Below, one piece after another: positions 33,046 through 42,230 of a stretch of DNA of 64,000 bases. The stretch lies in NCBI GenBank assembly GCA_004366205.1, contig SIRW01000042.1:14963-78962 (forward strand), written 5' to 3'. The notes beneath the pieces were generated by a model. It was not told the origin of the DNA, ran no database searches, and worked only from the letters and a program-made list of their open reading frames with translations. The stretch is from Actinomycetota bacterium. GTDB taxonomy: Bacteria > Actinomycetota > Acidimicrobiia > Acidimicrobiales > CADCSY01. Each line of letters begins with the position of its first letter. The stretch's first letter is position 1. Position numbers and translations under genes: made by a program.

Positions 33046-33098
33046 CGCCGGGCCTATCGTCGCGGCGATCTGCGAGCGCTGAGACTCAGGAGGTCCCC

Positions 33099-33977
33099 AT
33101 GGGCGCACTCGACGGACGCGTTGCCATCATCACCGGAGCGGGCCGGGGCATCGGCCGCGAGCACGCCCTGCTGTTCGCCCGGGAGGGCGCCAAGGTCGTG
33201 GTGAACGACCTCGGCGGGGCCATGGACGGCAGCGGTGACGACCGCACGCCGGCCGAGCAGGTGGTCGACGAGATCAAGGCGATGGGCGGCGAGGCCGTCG
33301 CCAACGCCGACAACGTGGCCGACTGGGAGGGGGGCCAGCGCCTCGTCAACACCGCCGTCGAGGCCTTCGGCGACCTCCACGTGCTCGTCAACAACGCCGG
33401 CATCCTGCGCGACCGGGTGCTCGTGAACATGACCGAGGAGGAGTGGGACGCGGTCATCCACGTCCACCTGAAGGGCCACTTCGTGCCCACCCGCTGGGCG
33501 GCCGCCTACTGGCGCGAGCAGACCAAGGCGGGCAAGGAGGTGAAGGCGGCCGTCATCAACACCTCGTCGACGTCGGGCCTGCTCGGCAACCCCGGCCAGT
33601 CGAACTACGGCGCCGCCAAGGCCGGCATCGCCGCCTTCAGCAACATCTGCGCCCAGGAGCTCGGGCGCTACGGCGTGCGGGTGAACTGCATCGCGCCCGC
33701 CGCCCGCACCCGGCTCACCGAGGCCACCCCCGGCCTCGGCGACATCGTCAAGCCGCCCGAGGACGAGGGCGCCTTCGACGTGTGGGACCCGGCCAACATC
33801 AGCCCGCTCGTCGCCTACCTGGCCACCGAGGGCTGCCCGTTCACCGGCAAGACCTTCTTCGTCCAGGGCGGCCAGGTGCGCCTGTTCCACCCGTGGGCCA
33901 TGGGTGACACGATCGATCGCGGCGACCGCTGGACCGTGGCCGAGCTCGAGGTCGAGATGAAGAAGTTCGAGGGCTAG
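33099..33977 (+). CDS. SDR family oxidoreductase (MFE-2/HSD17B4-like dehydrogenase domain)
   Basis: SD AGGAGG at 33088-33093. Sequence: GRVAIITGAGRGIGREHALLFAREGAKVVVNDLGG, NNAGILRD, SSTSG...YGAAKAG (catalytic S/Y/K). Confidence 0.88.
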   Translation: MGALDGRVAIITGAGRGIGREHALLFAREGAKVVVNDLGGAMDGSGDDRTPAEQVVDEIKAMGGEAVANADNVADWEGGQRLVNTAVEAFGDLHVLVNNAGILRDRVLVNMTEEEWDAVIHVHLKGHFVPTRWAAAYWREQTKAGKEVKAAVINTSSTSGLLGNPGQSNYGAAKAGIAAFSNICAQELGRYGVRVNCIAPAARTRLTEATPGLGDIVKPPEDEGAFDVWDPANISPLVAYLATEGCPFTGKTFFVQGGQVRLFHPWAMGDTIDRGDRWTVAELEVEMKKFEG

Positions 33978-34248
33978 AAGCGCCCGCTTCGTCCGGCTCC
34001 CGAGCACCCGGCCTTGTCGGAACTAGCCTGGGTGGAGGATGGCGCAAGATGGCCCTACTCGCGCGCGTTGCGTGTCGGTAGGATCAACCTGTCGCCGGGT
34101 CCTCCGGGGTGGCACGCCGGACGCGACGTTCCCCAGCCGTCGCGATGAGGCTGCCACCCCGGACGGCCCGGCGGCCGCGCGCCCGACCCCCTGCACCCGC
34201 ACGGTGCGTGACGGATTTCACGTCGGCCGCCCGGAAACGACCCGGGGC

Positions 34249-34264
34249 CTGACCGGCGGGTCAA
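34249..34264. promoter_or_regulatory. degenerate (14/16) copy of the TTGACCGnnCGGTCAA palindrome: CTGACCGGCGGGTCAA
   Basis: Abuts TACCCT (34267-34272), which lies 6 nt upstream of GTG 34279 of the MFS gene. Confidence 0.35.
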
Positions 34265-34278
34265 GGTACCCTCGCCCG

Positions 34279-35997
34279 GTGCGGCGCGGCCACGAGGAGC
34301 ACCCCGGGACGGATCCCGGCGGCAGCGGCAACGGGGACCGGGGCAACGGGGACCGGGGCGACCTGGCGATCGAGGCCCCCGGCGCCGACGAGGTCGGCGT
34401 CGTCCCGTGGCCGCTGCTGCTGCGCCGGCGCCTGGCGGGGCGGGTCGAGGCCAGCCCCCGGTTCCCGTGGGTCGTGCTCGTCACGGTGCTGTTCGGGCTG
34501 TTCACCGTCGGGTTCACGATCACCCTGCTCGCCGTGTCGATCCCCTCGATCGCCGCCGACCTGGGTTCGGACACCGCCACCCTCACGTGGGTCATCACCG
34601 GCCCGCTCCTCACCTTCGGGGTGCTCGGCCCCGCCTTCGGCAAGGCGGGCGACCTGTGGGGCCAGCGCCGCATCTTCATGATCGGCATGGCCGGGGCCGC
34701 CCTGTTCGCCGGCCTGACCGCCCTGGCGTGGAGCGCCGGGTCGCTGATCGCCTTCCGGGTGCTCGGCGCCGCCATGGGCGCCTCGGCCGGCCCCGCCTCG
34801 ATGGCGCTGATCTACAGCGTCTTTCCACGCGAGCGCCGGGTGCAGGCCATGGGCTGGTGGTCCTTCGTGATGACCGCGGGCCCGGTGCTCGGCGTCGTCG
34901 CCGGCGGGCCCGTGGTCGAGCACCTCAGCTGGCGGCTGATCTTCGCCGCCCAGGCGCCGCTCTCGCTGGCCGCCGTGGTGGTCGCCGCCCTGCTCCTGCC
35001 CGAGACCCGCCGTGGGACCCGCGCCCGCTTCGACGTGCTCGGCACCGTCACGCTGGCGGTGGCCATGACCAGCCTGCTGCTCGCCCTCAACCGCGGTCCG
35101 CTGTGGGGCTGGAGCAGCGCCCCGGTGCTCACGGCGTTCGCCGTGGCGCCGGTGTTCCTCGTGCTGTTCGTGGTGGTCGAGCGGCGGGTCACCCAACCGC
35201 TCATCCGCCTCGAGTACTTCCGGCGCCGCAACGTCGCGGCGCCGATCGCCACGCAGTTCTTCACGAACTTCGCGTACATGGGCGGCTTCATGATCACACC
35301 GCTCTTCCTCGCCCAGGTCTTCGGCTACGGCGAGACCCGCATCGGGCTGCTGTCGATCTCCCGGCCGCTCGCCTTCGCCATCGTGGCTCCCGTCGGGGGC
35401 TACCTCGCCATGAAGATCGGCGAGCGCATCGCCGGGGTCTTCGGCGCCTCGGCCGTGGCGGCGTCGATGGGCGTGCTCGCCCTGGTGGGGCCCGGCGGCA
35501 CCGACGGCCTGGTCATCCTCGGGCTCGCCCTGTCCGGCGTGGGCCTCGGCGCGGCGTCGCCCTCCATGGCGGCGACGATCGCCAACTCCGTCGACGAGGA
35601 CTCCCTCGGCGTCGCCGGCGCCATGCAGCAGCTGATCACCCAGGTGGGCGTGGTGGCCGGCATCCAGCTCATGCAGACCATCCAGGCCTCCAACGTCGAC
35701 GGCCTCGGCCTGCTGGGGTCGTACCACCTCGCCTACGCGCTCGGCGGCGCCGTGTGCCTGTTCGGCATCGTGGCCGCCGCCTTCGTGCGCAGCACGCCCA
35801 GGGGCGAGCGTGCCGGCCGGCGCGCACCGGGGGAGACCGCGACGAGCGGCGAGGCGCCCGCGGGCCGCACGCCGCCGGTCCGCCACCAGCCGGCCCCCGC
35901 CGAGGGGACCGGCCCCGCCGGGCGCGCCCGGGCCGAGCCCGGCCGGTCCCGGCGGCGCCCCCGTGAGCGCCGGGCGCCGTCGCCGGCTACTCGGTGA
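34279..35997 (+). CDS. MFS transporter, DHA2 (14-TMS drug:H+ antiporter)-like
   Basis: Sequence: FGLFTVGFTITLLAVSIPSIAADLG, GKAGDLWGQRRIFMIGMAGAALF (motif A-like). There are about 14 hydrophobic segments and an Arg/Pro-rich C-terminal tail. Start uncertain: GTG 34279 chosen, and the track start 34039 gives an implausible N-terminus. Confidence 0.8.
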   Translation: MRRGHEEHPGTDPGGSGNGDRGNGDRGDLAIEAPGADEVGVVPWPLLLRRRLAGRVEASPRFPWVVLVTVLFGLFTVGFTITLLAVSIPSIAADLGSDTATLTWVITGPLLTFGVLGPAFGKAGDLWGQRRIFMIGMAGAALFAGLTALAWSAGSLIAFRVLGAAMGASAGPASMALIYSVFPRERRVQAMGWWSFVMTAGPVLGVVAGGPVVEHLSWRLIFAAQAPLSLAAVVVAALLLPETRRGTRARFDVLGTVTLAVAMTSLLLALNRGPLWGWSSAPVLTAFAVAPVFLVLFVVVERRVTQPLIRLEYFRRRNVAAPIATQFFTNFAYMGGFMITPLFLAQVFGYGETRIGLLSISRPLAFAIVAPVGGYLAMKIGERIAGVFGASAVAASMGVLALVGPGGTDGLVILGLALSGVGLGAASPSMAATIANSVDEDSLGVAGAMQQLITQVGVVAGIQLMQTIQASNVDGLGLLGSYHLAYALGGAVCLFGIVAAAFVRSTPRGERAGRRAPGETATSGEAPAGRTPPVRHQPAPAEGTGPAGRARAEPGRSRRRPRERRAPSPATR

Positions 35998-36394
35998 TCT
36001 CCTGGATCTTGGTCGCCACCTCGACGGCGACCGGGTCGGGCGGTGCCTGGCCCATCGCCATGAGCTTGGTCATGTCACCCTCGACCTTGATCTTTCCGGC
36101 CATGAACGCCTGCATACCCGCCTGCGGGTTGCCTTCGACGAGGATCGCCTTGGCGGTGGCGTAGTCGAGCGTGACCGTCACGTCGGCGTCGTCGAGGTGG
36201 CCGAGCTCGAGCTCGACCTCGCCCGAGGTGGTGTCCATGTGGGCGTGGATCGTGCCGTCGCCGAAGGGCACGTCGGTGATGATCTGGTTCATCTTCACGG
36301 TGTGGGCCGGCGCCGGGGTCTTGCCGCGGTACTCCTCGCGGATCGCCCGGGCCGCCTCGATCCACTCGTCGCTCAGGAAGGGGTAGGTGGCCAT
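35987..36394 (-). CDS. SCP2 sterol/lipid-binding domain protein
   Basis: Start at ATG 36394. Sequence: MATYPFLSDEWIEAARAIREEYRGK...VTLDYATAKAILVEGNPQAGMQAFMAGKIKVEGDMTKLMAM, the typical SCP2 C-terminal motif. The 3' end overlaps the MFS 3' end by 11 nt. Confidence 0.75.
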   Translation of the reverse strand: MATYPFLSDEWIEAARAIREEYRGKTPAPAHTVKMNQIITDVPFGDGTIHAHMDTTSGEVELELGHLDDADVTVTLDYATAKAILVEGNPQAGMQAFMAGKIKVEGDMTKLMAMGQAPPDPVAVEVATKIQEITE

Positions 36395-36429
36395 GCCGGG
36401 CACGCTAACGCGCCCGGGCGGCATGGCCG

Positions 36430-37074
36430 TCAGCCGGTGCGGACCGTGCGGGCGCCGGCCTCGACCTCGTCGGCGACGGCCTCGTCGGCGGCCAGGGCGC
36501 GCACGACGAAGCGGCCCACGAAGTCGGCGAGCTCGTCGACGTCCATCGACAGCCGGCCGGTGCGGTGGAAGTGCGAGTAGTTGGCGACGACCGAGAGCAC
36601 GCCGTACGCCAGCAGCGTGGGGTCCTCGTCGCGGATGGTGCCCTCGGCGATGCCCCGCTGGATGAGCGCCGAGGTGTCGGCGGCGTGGATGTCGGTGCCC
36701 CGGCGCAGCAGGTCCTCGACCCGGCGGTCCATGCCCTCGGCCCGCAGCAGCGTGTAGAGGTGGGAGTGCTCGGCCATGAACCGCACCGACGCCACCGTCC
36801 CCTGGCGGATCTGCAGCAGCGGGCCGGCCGCGGGGTCCATGGCCTCGGCCTGGGTCACGCGCAGGCGGTGCCGGGTGCTCTCGACCAGCTCGCGAAAGAG
36901 CGCCTCTTTGTTCTCGAAGTACCAGTAGAAGAGGCCCTTGGCCACGCCGGCTTCCCGCACGATGTCGATGACCCGGGTCTCGTTGTAGCCCCGCTCAGCG
37001 AAGAGTCGCCCAGCGCACGCCATGAGCTGCTGCTTGCGCTCGCGGCCCTGGGCGGTGAGGCGGCGGTCCTCCAC
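36430..37074 (-). CDS. TetR/AcrR family transcriptional regulator
   Basis: HTH: RKQQLMACAGRLFAERGYNETRVIDIVREAGVAKGLFYWYFENKEALF. I prefer GTG 37074 (VEDRRLTAQG...) over the track's TTG 37110, which would place the palindromic operator inside the CDS. Confidence 0.85.
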   Translation of the reverse strand: MEDRRLTAQGRERKQQLMACAGRLFAERGYNETRVIDIVREAGVAKGLFYWYFENKEALFRELVESTRHRLRVTQAEAMDPAAGPLLQIRQGTVASVRFMAEHSHLYTLLRAEGMDRRVEDLLRRGTDIHAADTSALIQRGIAEGTIRDEDPTLLAYGVLSVVANYSHFHRTGRLSMDVDELADFVGRFVVRALAADEAVADEVEAGARTVRTG

Positions 37075-37094
37075 GCCCCCGATTCCAGCAGGAC

Positions 37095-37110
37095 TTGACC
37101 GCGCGGTCAA
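37095..37110. promoter_or_regulatory. perfect 16-bp palindrome TTGACCGCGCGGTCAA in the TetR / hydrolase divergent spacer, a candidate TetR operator
   Basis: 7-2-7 inverted repeat. On the minus strand, TTGACC + 17 nt + TGGAAT + 7 nt leads to GTG 37074 (autoregulated -35). On the plus strand, TAGCGT (37136-37141) lies 6 nt upstream of GTG 37148. Confidence 0.55.
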
Positions 37111-37147
37111 TGCTCGCCGGTCGCATCCCGGCCGCTAGCGTGCCCTC

Positions 37148-37900
37148 GTGACCGAGCTCATCCCCGGTGCCGAGCCCTGGTCGGGCGGCGACGGCCCCCA
37201 CGGCGTGCTCACCCTGCACGGCTTCACCGGCAACCCCGGATCGATGCGCTCGATGGCCGAGGCCCTGGCCGGCGCCGGGTTCGCCGTCGAGCTCCCCCGC
37301 CTCCCCGGACACGGCACCACGATCGAGGACATGCTCACCACGCGCTGGGACGACTGGCTGGCCGAGGCCGAGGCGGCCTTCGACCGGCTCGCCGCCCGCT
37401 GCGAGCGCCTGGTGGTCGTCGGCCAGTCGATGGGCGGCACGCTCGCCACGTGGCTCGCCGCGCACCGGGACGTGGCCGGCCTGGTGGGCATCAACCCCCT
37501 GATCGAGCCGCCGGCGCCTGAGGCGGTGGCGATGCTGCGGGGGATGGCCGAGCAGGGCGAGGCCCTCATGCCCGGCGTGGGTTCGGACATCGCGGACCCC
37601 GACGTGGTGGAGACCGCCTACGACGGCACGCCGATCGTGCCGCTGCTGTCCGTCCTCGACGCGCTCGAGGTCCTCGCCCCGAAGCTCGGCGAGGTCACCT
37701 GCCCCACGCTCGTGATCACCAGCCGCCAGGACCACGTCGTGCCCGTCAACAACAGCGACTTCCTCGCCGAGCGCGTCGCCGGCCCGGTCGAGCGGGTGTG
37801 GCTCGAGCGCAGCTACCACGTGGCCACGATGGACTACGAGCGCGCCGACGTCGAAGCCCACACCGTCGCCTTCGCCCGCACGGTGACGGCCACCGCCTGA
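37148..37900 (+). CDS. alpha/beta hydrolase (carboxylesterase / monoacylglycerol-lipase-like)
   Basis: Sequence: GVLTLHGFTGNPGSM, nucleophile elbow VVVGQSMGGTLA, SRQDHVVP (Asp), SYHVAT (His). Confidence 0.85.
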   Translation: MTELIPGAEPWSGGDGPHGVLTLHGFTGNPGSMRSMAEALAGAGFAVELPRLPGHGTTIEDMLTTRWDDWLAEAEAAFDRLAARCERLVVVGQSMGGTLATWLAAHRDVAGLVGINPLIEPPAPEAVAMLRGMAEQGEALMPGVGSDIADPDVVETAYDGTPIVPLLSVLDALEVLAPKLGEVTCPTLVITSRQDHVVPVNNSDFLAERVAGPVERVWLERSYHVATMDYERADVEAHTVAFARTVTATA

Positions 37901-37918
37901 CCACCCGCGGGCGGCGGC

Positions 37919-38037
37919 GAACTCGAGGCTGGGCGCGCCGGTTTCCGGCGCGCTGGGCCTCGAGCTCGCGGGGGGCGGTGTTCGCGAGGCTGGGCGCGCC
38001 GATTTCCGGCGCGCCGGGCCTCGAGCTCGCGGGCGGG
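37919..38037. repeat. two tandem copies (period 61 nt) of the same palindromic intergenic element as at 23228-23340, locus B
   Basis: Copy 1: GAACTCGAGGCTGGGCGCGCCGGTTTCCGGCGCGCTGGGCCTCGAGCTCGCGGGG. Copy 2: GTTCGCGAGGCTGGGCGCGCCGATTTCCGGCGCGCCGGGCCTCGAGCTCGCGGGCGGG. The core CTCGAGGC(Y)GGGCGCGCCGGKTTCCGG...GGCCTCGAG is shared with locus A. Confidence 0.85.
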
Positions 38038-38062
38038 TGGCGGTGAGGCCGGCCGAGGCTCC

Positions 38063-38068
38063 TACGAT
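38063..38068 (+). promoter_or_regulatory. candidate -10 hexamer TACGAT, 7 nt upstream of ATG 38076 (leaderless gatC)
   Basis: TANNNT with no SD. Confidence 0.35.
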
Positions 38069-38075
38069 GCAGCCC

Positions 38076-38378
38076 ATGGCCGACCGCATCACCCGTGACG
38101 ACGTCGCGCACGTGGCGTGGCTCGCCCGGCTGCAGCTGACCGAGGACGAGCTCGACCGCTTCACGGGCCAGCTCGGCGCCGTGCTCGACCACGCCGCCGA
38201 CGTGGAGGCGCTCGACGTGGGTGACGTGCCCCCGACCGCCCACCCCCTCCCGCTCGAGAACGTGCTGCGGGCCGACACGCCCCGCCCGGGCCTCGACCGC
38301 GACGTGGTGCTGGGCATGGCCCCGTCCGCCGAGGACGGCCGCTTCCGGGTCCCCCCGGTGCTCGGAGAGGCCCCGTGA
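38076..38378 (+). CDS. gatC: Asp/Glu-tRNA(Asn/Gln) amidotransferase subunit C
   Basis: Sequence: [40 protein letters not shown]...[15 protein letters not shown] 38067 is an alternative start. Confidence 0.9.
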   Translation: MADRITRDDVAHVAWLARLQLTEDELDRFTGQLGAVLDHAADVEALDVGDVPPTAHPLPLENVLRADTPRPGLDRDVVLGMAPSAEDGRFRVPPVLGEAP

Positions 38379-39826
38379 CCGGCGCCGGCGGCCGGCCCGG
38401 CCCGCGCGGCCCCGCTCACGAGATCGCCGCCGCCGTCCGCCGCGGCGAGCGCACCGCCGCGCTCGTCGTCGACGAGTACCTCGAGGCCATCGCCGCCCGC
38501 GAGGAGGAGCTGCACGCCTTCAACGTGATCACCGCCGAGCGGGCCCGCGAGGCCGCAGCCCTGCTCGACCGGCGCGTCGCCGCCGGCGACGACCCCGGCC
38601 CGCTCGCCGGCGTGCCCGTCGCCCTCAAGGACAACCTGTGCACCCGGGGTGTGCCCACCACCTGCTCGTCGCGGATCCTCGCCGGCTGGAAGCCGCCCTA
38701 CGACGCCACGGTCGTCGAGCGGCTGGCGGCCGCCGGCGCCGTCGTCGTCGGCAAGACCAACCTCGACGAGTTCGCCATGGGCTCCTCCACCGAGCACTCC
38801 GCCACCGGCCCCACCCGCAACCCCGTCGACACCGAGCGCGTGCCCGGCGGCTCCTCGGGGGGCAGCGCCGCCGCCGTCGCCGCCGGCTTCGCGCCGATCG
38901 CCCTCGGCTCCGACACGGGCGGGTCGATCCGCCAGCCCGCCGCCTTCTGCGGCGTCGTCGGCGTGAAGCCCACCTACGGCCGGGTGAGCCGCTACGGGCT
39001 CGTGGCCTTCGCCAGCAGCCTCGACCAGATCGGCCCGTTCGCCACGACCGTCGCCGACGCCGCGCTCGTGCTCGAGGTCATCGCCGGCCACGACCCGCTC
39101 GACTCGACCTCGGTGGCCGAACCCGCCCCCGACCTGTTGCGCGTGCTGGACGACGGTGTCGCGGGGCTGCGCGTCGGGGTGGTGCGCGAGCTGCTGGGGG
39201 AGGGCGTGGACGCCGAGGTGGTCGAGCGCACCCGGGCGGCGGCGGAAGCGCTCGACGCCGCCGGCGCCGTCGTCGACGAGGTCTCGGTGCCCGCCGCCGC
39301 CTACGGCCTGTCGGCGTACTACCTGATCGCGCCGGCCGAGGCGTCCAGCAACCTGGCCCGCTACGACGGGGTCCGCTACGGCTTGCGGGTCGACGCCGCC
39401 AGCACCGCGGAGATGAACGTCGCCACCCGCACCGAGGGGTTCGGCGACGAGGTGAAGCGGCGCATCATGCTGGGCACCTACGCCCTCTCCGCGGGCTACT
39501 ACGACGCCTACTACGGCAAGGCCCAGCGGGTGCGGACGCTGATCATCCGCGACTTCGACGCCGCCTACGAGCGGGTCGACCTGCTGCTCGCGCCGACCAC
39601 GCCCACGACGGCGTTCCGGTTCGGCGACAAGACGGGTGACCCGCTGTCGATGTACCTGTCCGACGTGTGCACGATCCCCTCGAACCTCTCGGGCCACCCC
39701 GCCATGTCGGTGCCGTTCGGGTTCGGCGCCGGCGGCCTGCCCATCGGGGTGCAGGTGCTGGCGCCGGCGCTGGGCGAGGCCGCGATGTTCCGGGCCGCCG
39801 CCGTGCTCGAGGAGGCGATCAAGTGA
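38375..39826 (+). CDS. gatA: Asp/Glu-tRNA(Asn/Gln) amidotransferase subunit A
   Basis: Amidase signature [36 protein letters not shown]. Overlaps the gatC stop. Confidence 0.95.
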   Translation: MTGAGGRPGPRGPAHEIAAAVRRGERTAALVVDEYLEAIAAREEELHAFNVITAERAREAAALLDRRVAAGDDPGPLAGVPVALKDNLCTRGVPTTCSSRILAGWKPPYDATVVERLAAAGAVVVGKTNLDEFAMGSSTEHSATGPTRNPVDTERVPGGSSGGSAAAVAAGFAPIALGSDTGGSIRQPAAFCGVVGVKPTYGRVSRYGLVAFASSLDQIGPFATTVADAALVLEVIAGHDPLDSTSVAEPAPDLLRVLDDGVAGLRVGVVRELLGEGVDAEVVERTRAAAEALDAAGAVVDEVSVPAAAYGLSAYYLIAPAEASSNLARYDGVRYGLRVDAASTAEMNVATRTEGFGDEVKRRIMLGTYALSAGYYDAYYGKAQRVRTLIIRDFDAAYERVDLLLAPTTPTTAFRFGDKTGDPLSMYLSDVCTIPSNLSGHPAMSVPFGFGAGGLPIGVQVLAPALGEAAMFRAAAVLEEAIK

Positions 39827-41256
39827 GCGCGACCGCCACCGGGTGGGAGACCGTCGTCGGGCTCGAGGTGCACTGCGAGCTCGCCACCGCCACCAAGCTG
39901 TTCTGCGCCTGCCCCAACGCCTTCGGCGCCGAGCCGAACACCAACGTCTGCCCGGTGTGCCTGGGCCTGCCGGGGTCGCTGCCCGTGCTCAACGAGCGGG
40001 CCGTCGAGCTCGCCATGCGGATCGGCCAGGCCCTGCACTGCACGGTGAAGCCGTCGATCTTCCACCGGAAGAACTACTTCTATCCCGACATGCCGAAGGA
40101 CTACCAGATCAGCCAGTACGACGAGCCGATCAACGTCGACGGCTACCTGGAGCTCCCCGACGGCACCCGGGTCGGCATCGAGCGGGCCCACCTCGAGGAG
40201 GACACGGGCAAGACGACCCACGTGGGCGGCGGCGGCCGCATCCACGAGGCCACCTACTCGCTCGTCGACTACAACCGCGCCGGGGTCCCGCTGGTCGAGA
40301 TCGTGGCGGCGCCCGACATCCGATCCGCGGACGCCGCCCGGGCCTACGTGGCCGAGCTGCGGGCGATCCTCGTCGCCATCGGCGCGTCCGACGCCCGCAT
40401 GGAGGAGGGCAGCCTGCGGGTCGACGCCAACGTGTCGGTCCGCCGGCCGGGTGAGCCCTTCGGCACCCGCTGCGAGGTGAAGAACCTGAACTCGCTGCGC
40501 TCGCTCGGGCGCGCCATCGAGTTCGAAGCCCAGCGCCAGATCACGCTTCTCGAGCGTGGCGAGGCGGTCGTGCAGCAGACCCGCCACTGGGACGAGAGCG
40601 ACGGGCGCACCCACACGCTGCGCTCCAAGGAGGAGGCCTACGACTACCGGTACTTCCCCGAGCCCGACCTGGTGCCGGTCGCGCCCCCGGGCGAGTGGCA
40701 GGACCAGGTGCGGGCGTTGCTGCCGCCGCTGCCCGCCGACCGCCGCGCCCACCTGGCGGCGGTGACGGGCTCGACGCCCGCGGGCGTGGCCCTGGTGGTC
40801 GAGCGTGGCCTCGACGGGCTGGTCCTGGCGGCCGTCGCGGCCGGTGCCGACCCCGAGCGGGCCCTCACCCACGCTGAGCACAACCTCAGCATGGAAGGTG
40901 CCGACCGCCTCGACCCCGCGGCCTTCGCCCGCCTGGTGGCGATGGAGGTCGCCGGCGAGCTCACCGCCACCCAGGCCAAGGCCGTGCTCGTCGACATGGT
41001 CGAGACCGGCGACCCGCCCGACGACATCGCCCGGGCCCGCGGCTTCGAGGCCATGGGCAGCGACGCCCTGACCGCTGCGGTGGACGAGGCCATCGCCGCC
41101 GACCCCGACGCCTGGGCCAGCTACTGCGGCGGCAACGAGAAGGCCAAGGGCGCCCTCGTCGGCAGGGTGATGAAGGCGACGCGCGGCCAGGCCGACGGCA
41201 AGGCCGTCACCGCCCTCCTCGAGGAGCGCCGCGCCGCCGCGCCCGGCCCGGCCTGA
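39823..41256 (+). CDS. gatB: Asp/Glu-tRNA(Asn/Gln) amidotransferase subunit B
   Basis: GTG 39823 overlaps the gatA stop. Sequence: [21 protein letters not shown]...[19 protein letters not shown]...[19 protein letters not shown]. Confidence 0.95.
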   Translation: MSATATGWETVVGLEVHCELATATKLFCACPNAFGAEPNTNVCPVCLGLPGSLPVLNERAVELAMRIGQALHCTVKPSIFHRKNYFYPDMPKDYQISQYDEPINVDGYLELPDGTRVGIERAHLEEDTGKTTHVGGGGRIHEATYSLVDYNRAGVPLVEIVAAPDIRSADAARAYVAELRAILVAIGASDARMEEGSLRVDANVSVRRPGEPFGTRCEVKNLNSLRSLGRAIEFEAQRQITLLERGEAVVQQTRHWDESDGRTHTLRSKEEAYDYRYFPEPDLVPVAPPGEWQDQVRALLPPLPADRRAHLAAVTGSTPAGVALVVERGLDGLVLAAVAAGADPERALTHAEHNLSMEGADRLDPAAFARLVAMEVAGELTATQAKAVLVDMVETGDPPDDIARARGFEAMGSDALTAAVDEAIAADPDAWASYCGGNEKAKGALVGRVMKATRGQADGKAVTALLEERRAAAPGPA

Positions 41257-41317
41257 CGGCGCTGTGACCGGCGTCACGGCGGCAGGGATCGGCGGGGCGC
41301 GGTGCGAATGGAACGTC

Positions 41318-42208
41318 ATGGCGCGAACCGCCAGTCGACTCCCCGCCGTCCTGCTCGTGGTGCTGGCGCTCGTGGTGGCCGCGTGCGGCGACGGCGTCGA
41401 GGACGTCGGCCTCGAACGTGATCCCGGCGAGGAGACGCCGACGACCGACGAGCCCGCGGCAGACGGCGACGCCGAGGACGCCCTCGACGGAGCCGGGCCG
41501 CCCGACGGCGACGACGCGCCGGGCGGCCCGGGCGCCGGGGACGGCCCTGCCGCCGCGCCGGCGCCGGGCCCGGGTGGCGCGGGTGCCGCGGGCGGCACCG
41601 GCGGCGGCGCCCGGCAACCGGCGGCACCGCAGCCCGCCCGGCCCGGCACCTACACCTACGACGTCGAGGGCGAGGTGCGGGCGGGCACCTTCCGCCAGGC
41701 CCACCCGCCCGAGGGGACGCTCGAGGTGCACACCCCCGAGGAGGGTGAGCAGCGCTCGATCGCCCGCACCGGCGACCAGGAGACCGAGCAGGTCCTCCGG
41801 TACGGCGACGACGGTGTGCACCTCACCTACCAGCGCACGTCCGGACCGCAAGGGCAGGTCGAGTTCCGGCCCGAGCAGCCCGTGCTCGTGTTCCCGGGCA
41901 CGCCGGCGGCCGGCCAGGCGTGGGAGTGGACCATGCGCTCCACCGACGGCGCCACCACCGTGCACGCCCGCATGCAGCTCCTGCGGGAGGAGGCGGTCGA
42001 GGTGGCGGGAACTAGTGTTCCCACGTGGGTGCTCCAGCTCGACCTGACCCTGTCGGGCCAGGTCGACGCCACCTCCACCTCCACGGCCTGGGTCAGCGTC
42101 GAGCACCGGCTGACCGTGCAGGAGGAGTCCGAGATGGAGGGCCGCTTCGGGGCCTTCACCTTCGAGGCCGAGCAGCGCCGCACGATCCGCTCGCTCACCC
42201 CCGCCTGA
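41318..42208 (+). CDS. putative secreted lipoprotein, function unknown
   Basis: Sequence: MARTASRLPAVLLVVLALVVAACGDG, i.e. a signal peptide plus lipobox (VAAC). Then an acidic/Pro-Gly-rich linker and a beta-rich domain. Confidence 0.6.
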   Translation: MARTASRLPAVLLVVLALVVAACGDGVEDVGLERDPGEETPTTDEPAADGDAEDALDGAGPPDGDDAPGGPGAGDGPAAAPAPGPGGAGAAGGTGGGARQPAAPQPARPGTYTYDVEGEVRAGTFRQAHPPEGTLEVHTPEEGEQRSIARTGDQETEQVLRYGDDGVHLTYQRTSGPQGQVEFRPEQPVLVFPGTPAAGQAWEWTMRSTDGATTVHARMQLLREEAVEVAGTSVPTWVLQLDLTLSGQVDATSTSTAWVSVEHRLTVQEESEMEGRFGAFTFEAEQRRTIRSLTPA

Positions 42209-42230
42209 GCGCGCCCGGCCGACGCGCTCA
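42206..42230. terminator. hairpin spanning both stop codons of convergent genes
   Basis: TGAGCGCG-cccggccga-CGCGCTCA (8-bp stem). No U-tract. Confidence 0.35.

Noticed and set aside
34039-34278. N-terminal 80-aa extension of the MFS transporter (track start 34039)
   Set aside because: The translation (MAQDGPTRARCVSVGSTCRRVLRGG...) is not protein-like and precedes any TM segment by more than 130 residues. A TANNNT hexamer plus GTG at 34279 gives a more plausible start.
37075-37110. TTG start at 37110 for the TetR gene
   Set aside because: It would bury the perfect palindrome 37095-37110 inside the CDS. GTG 37074 leaves a normal 10-15-residue N-terminus before the HTH and a promoter-like arrangement upstream.
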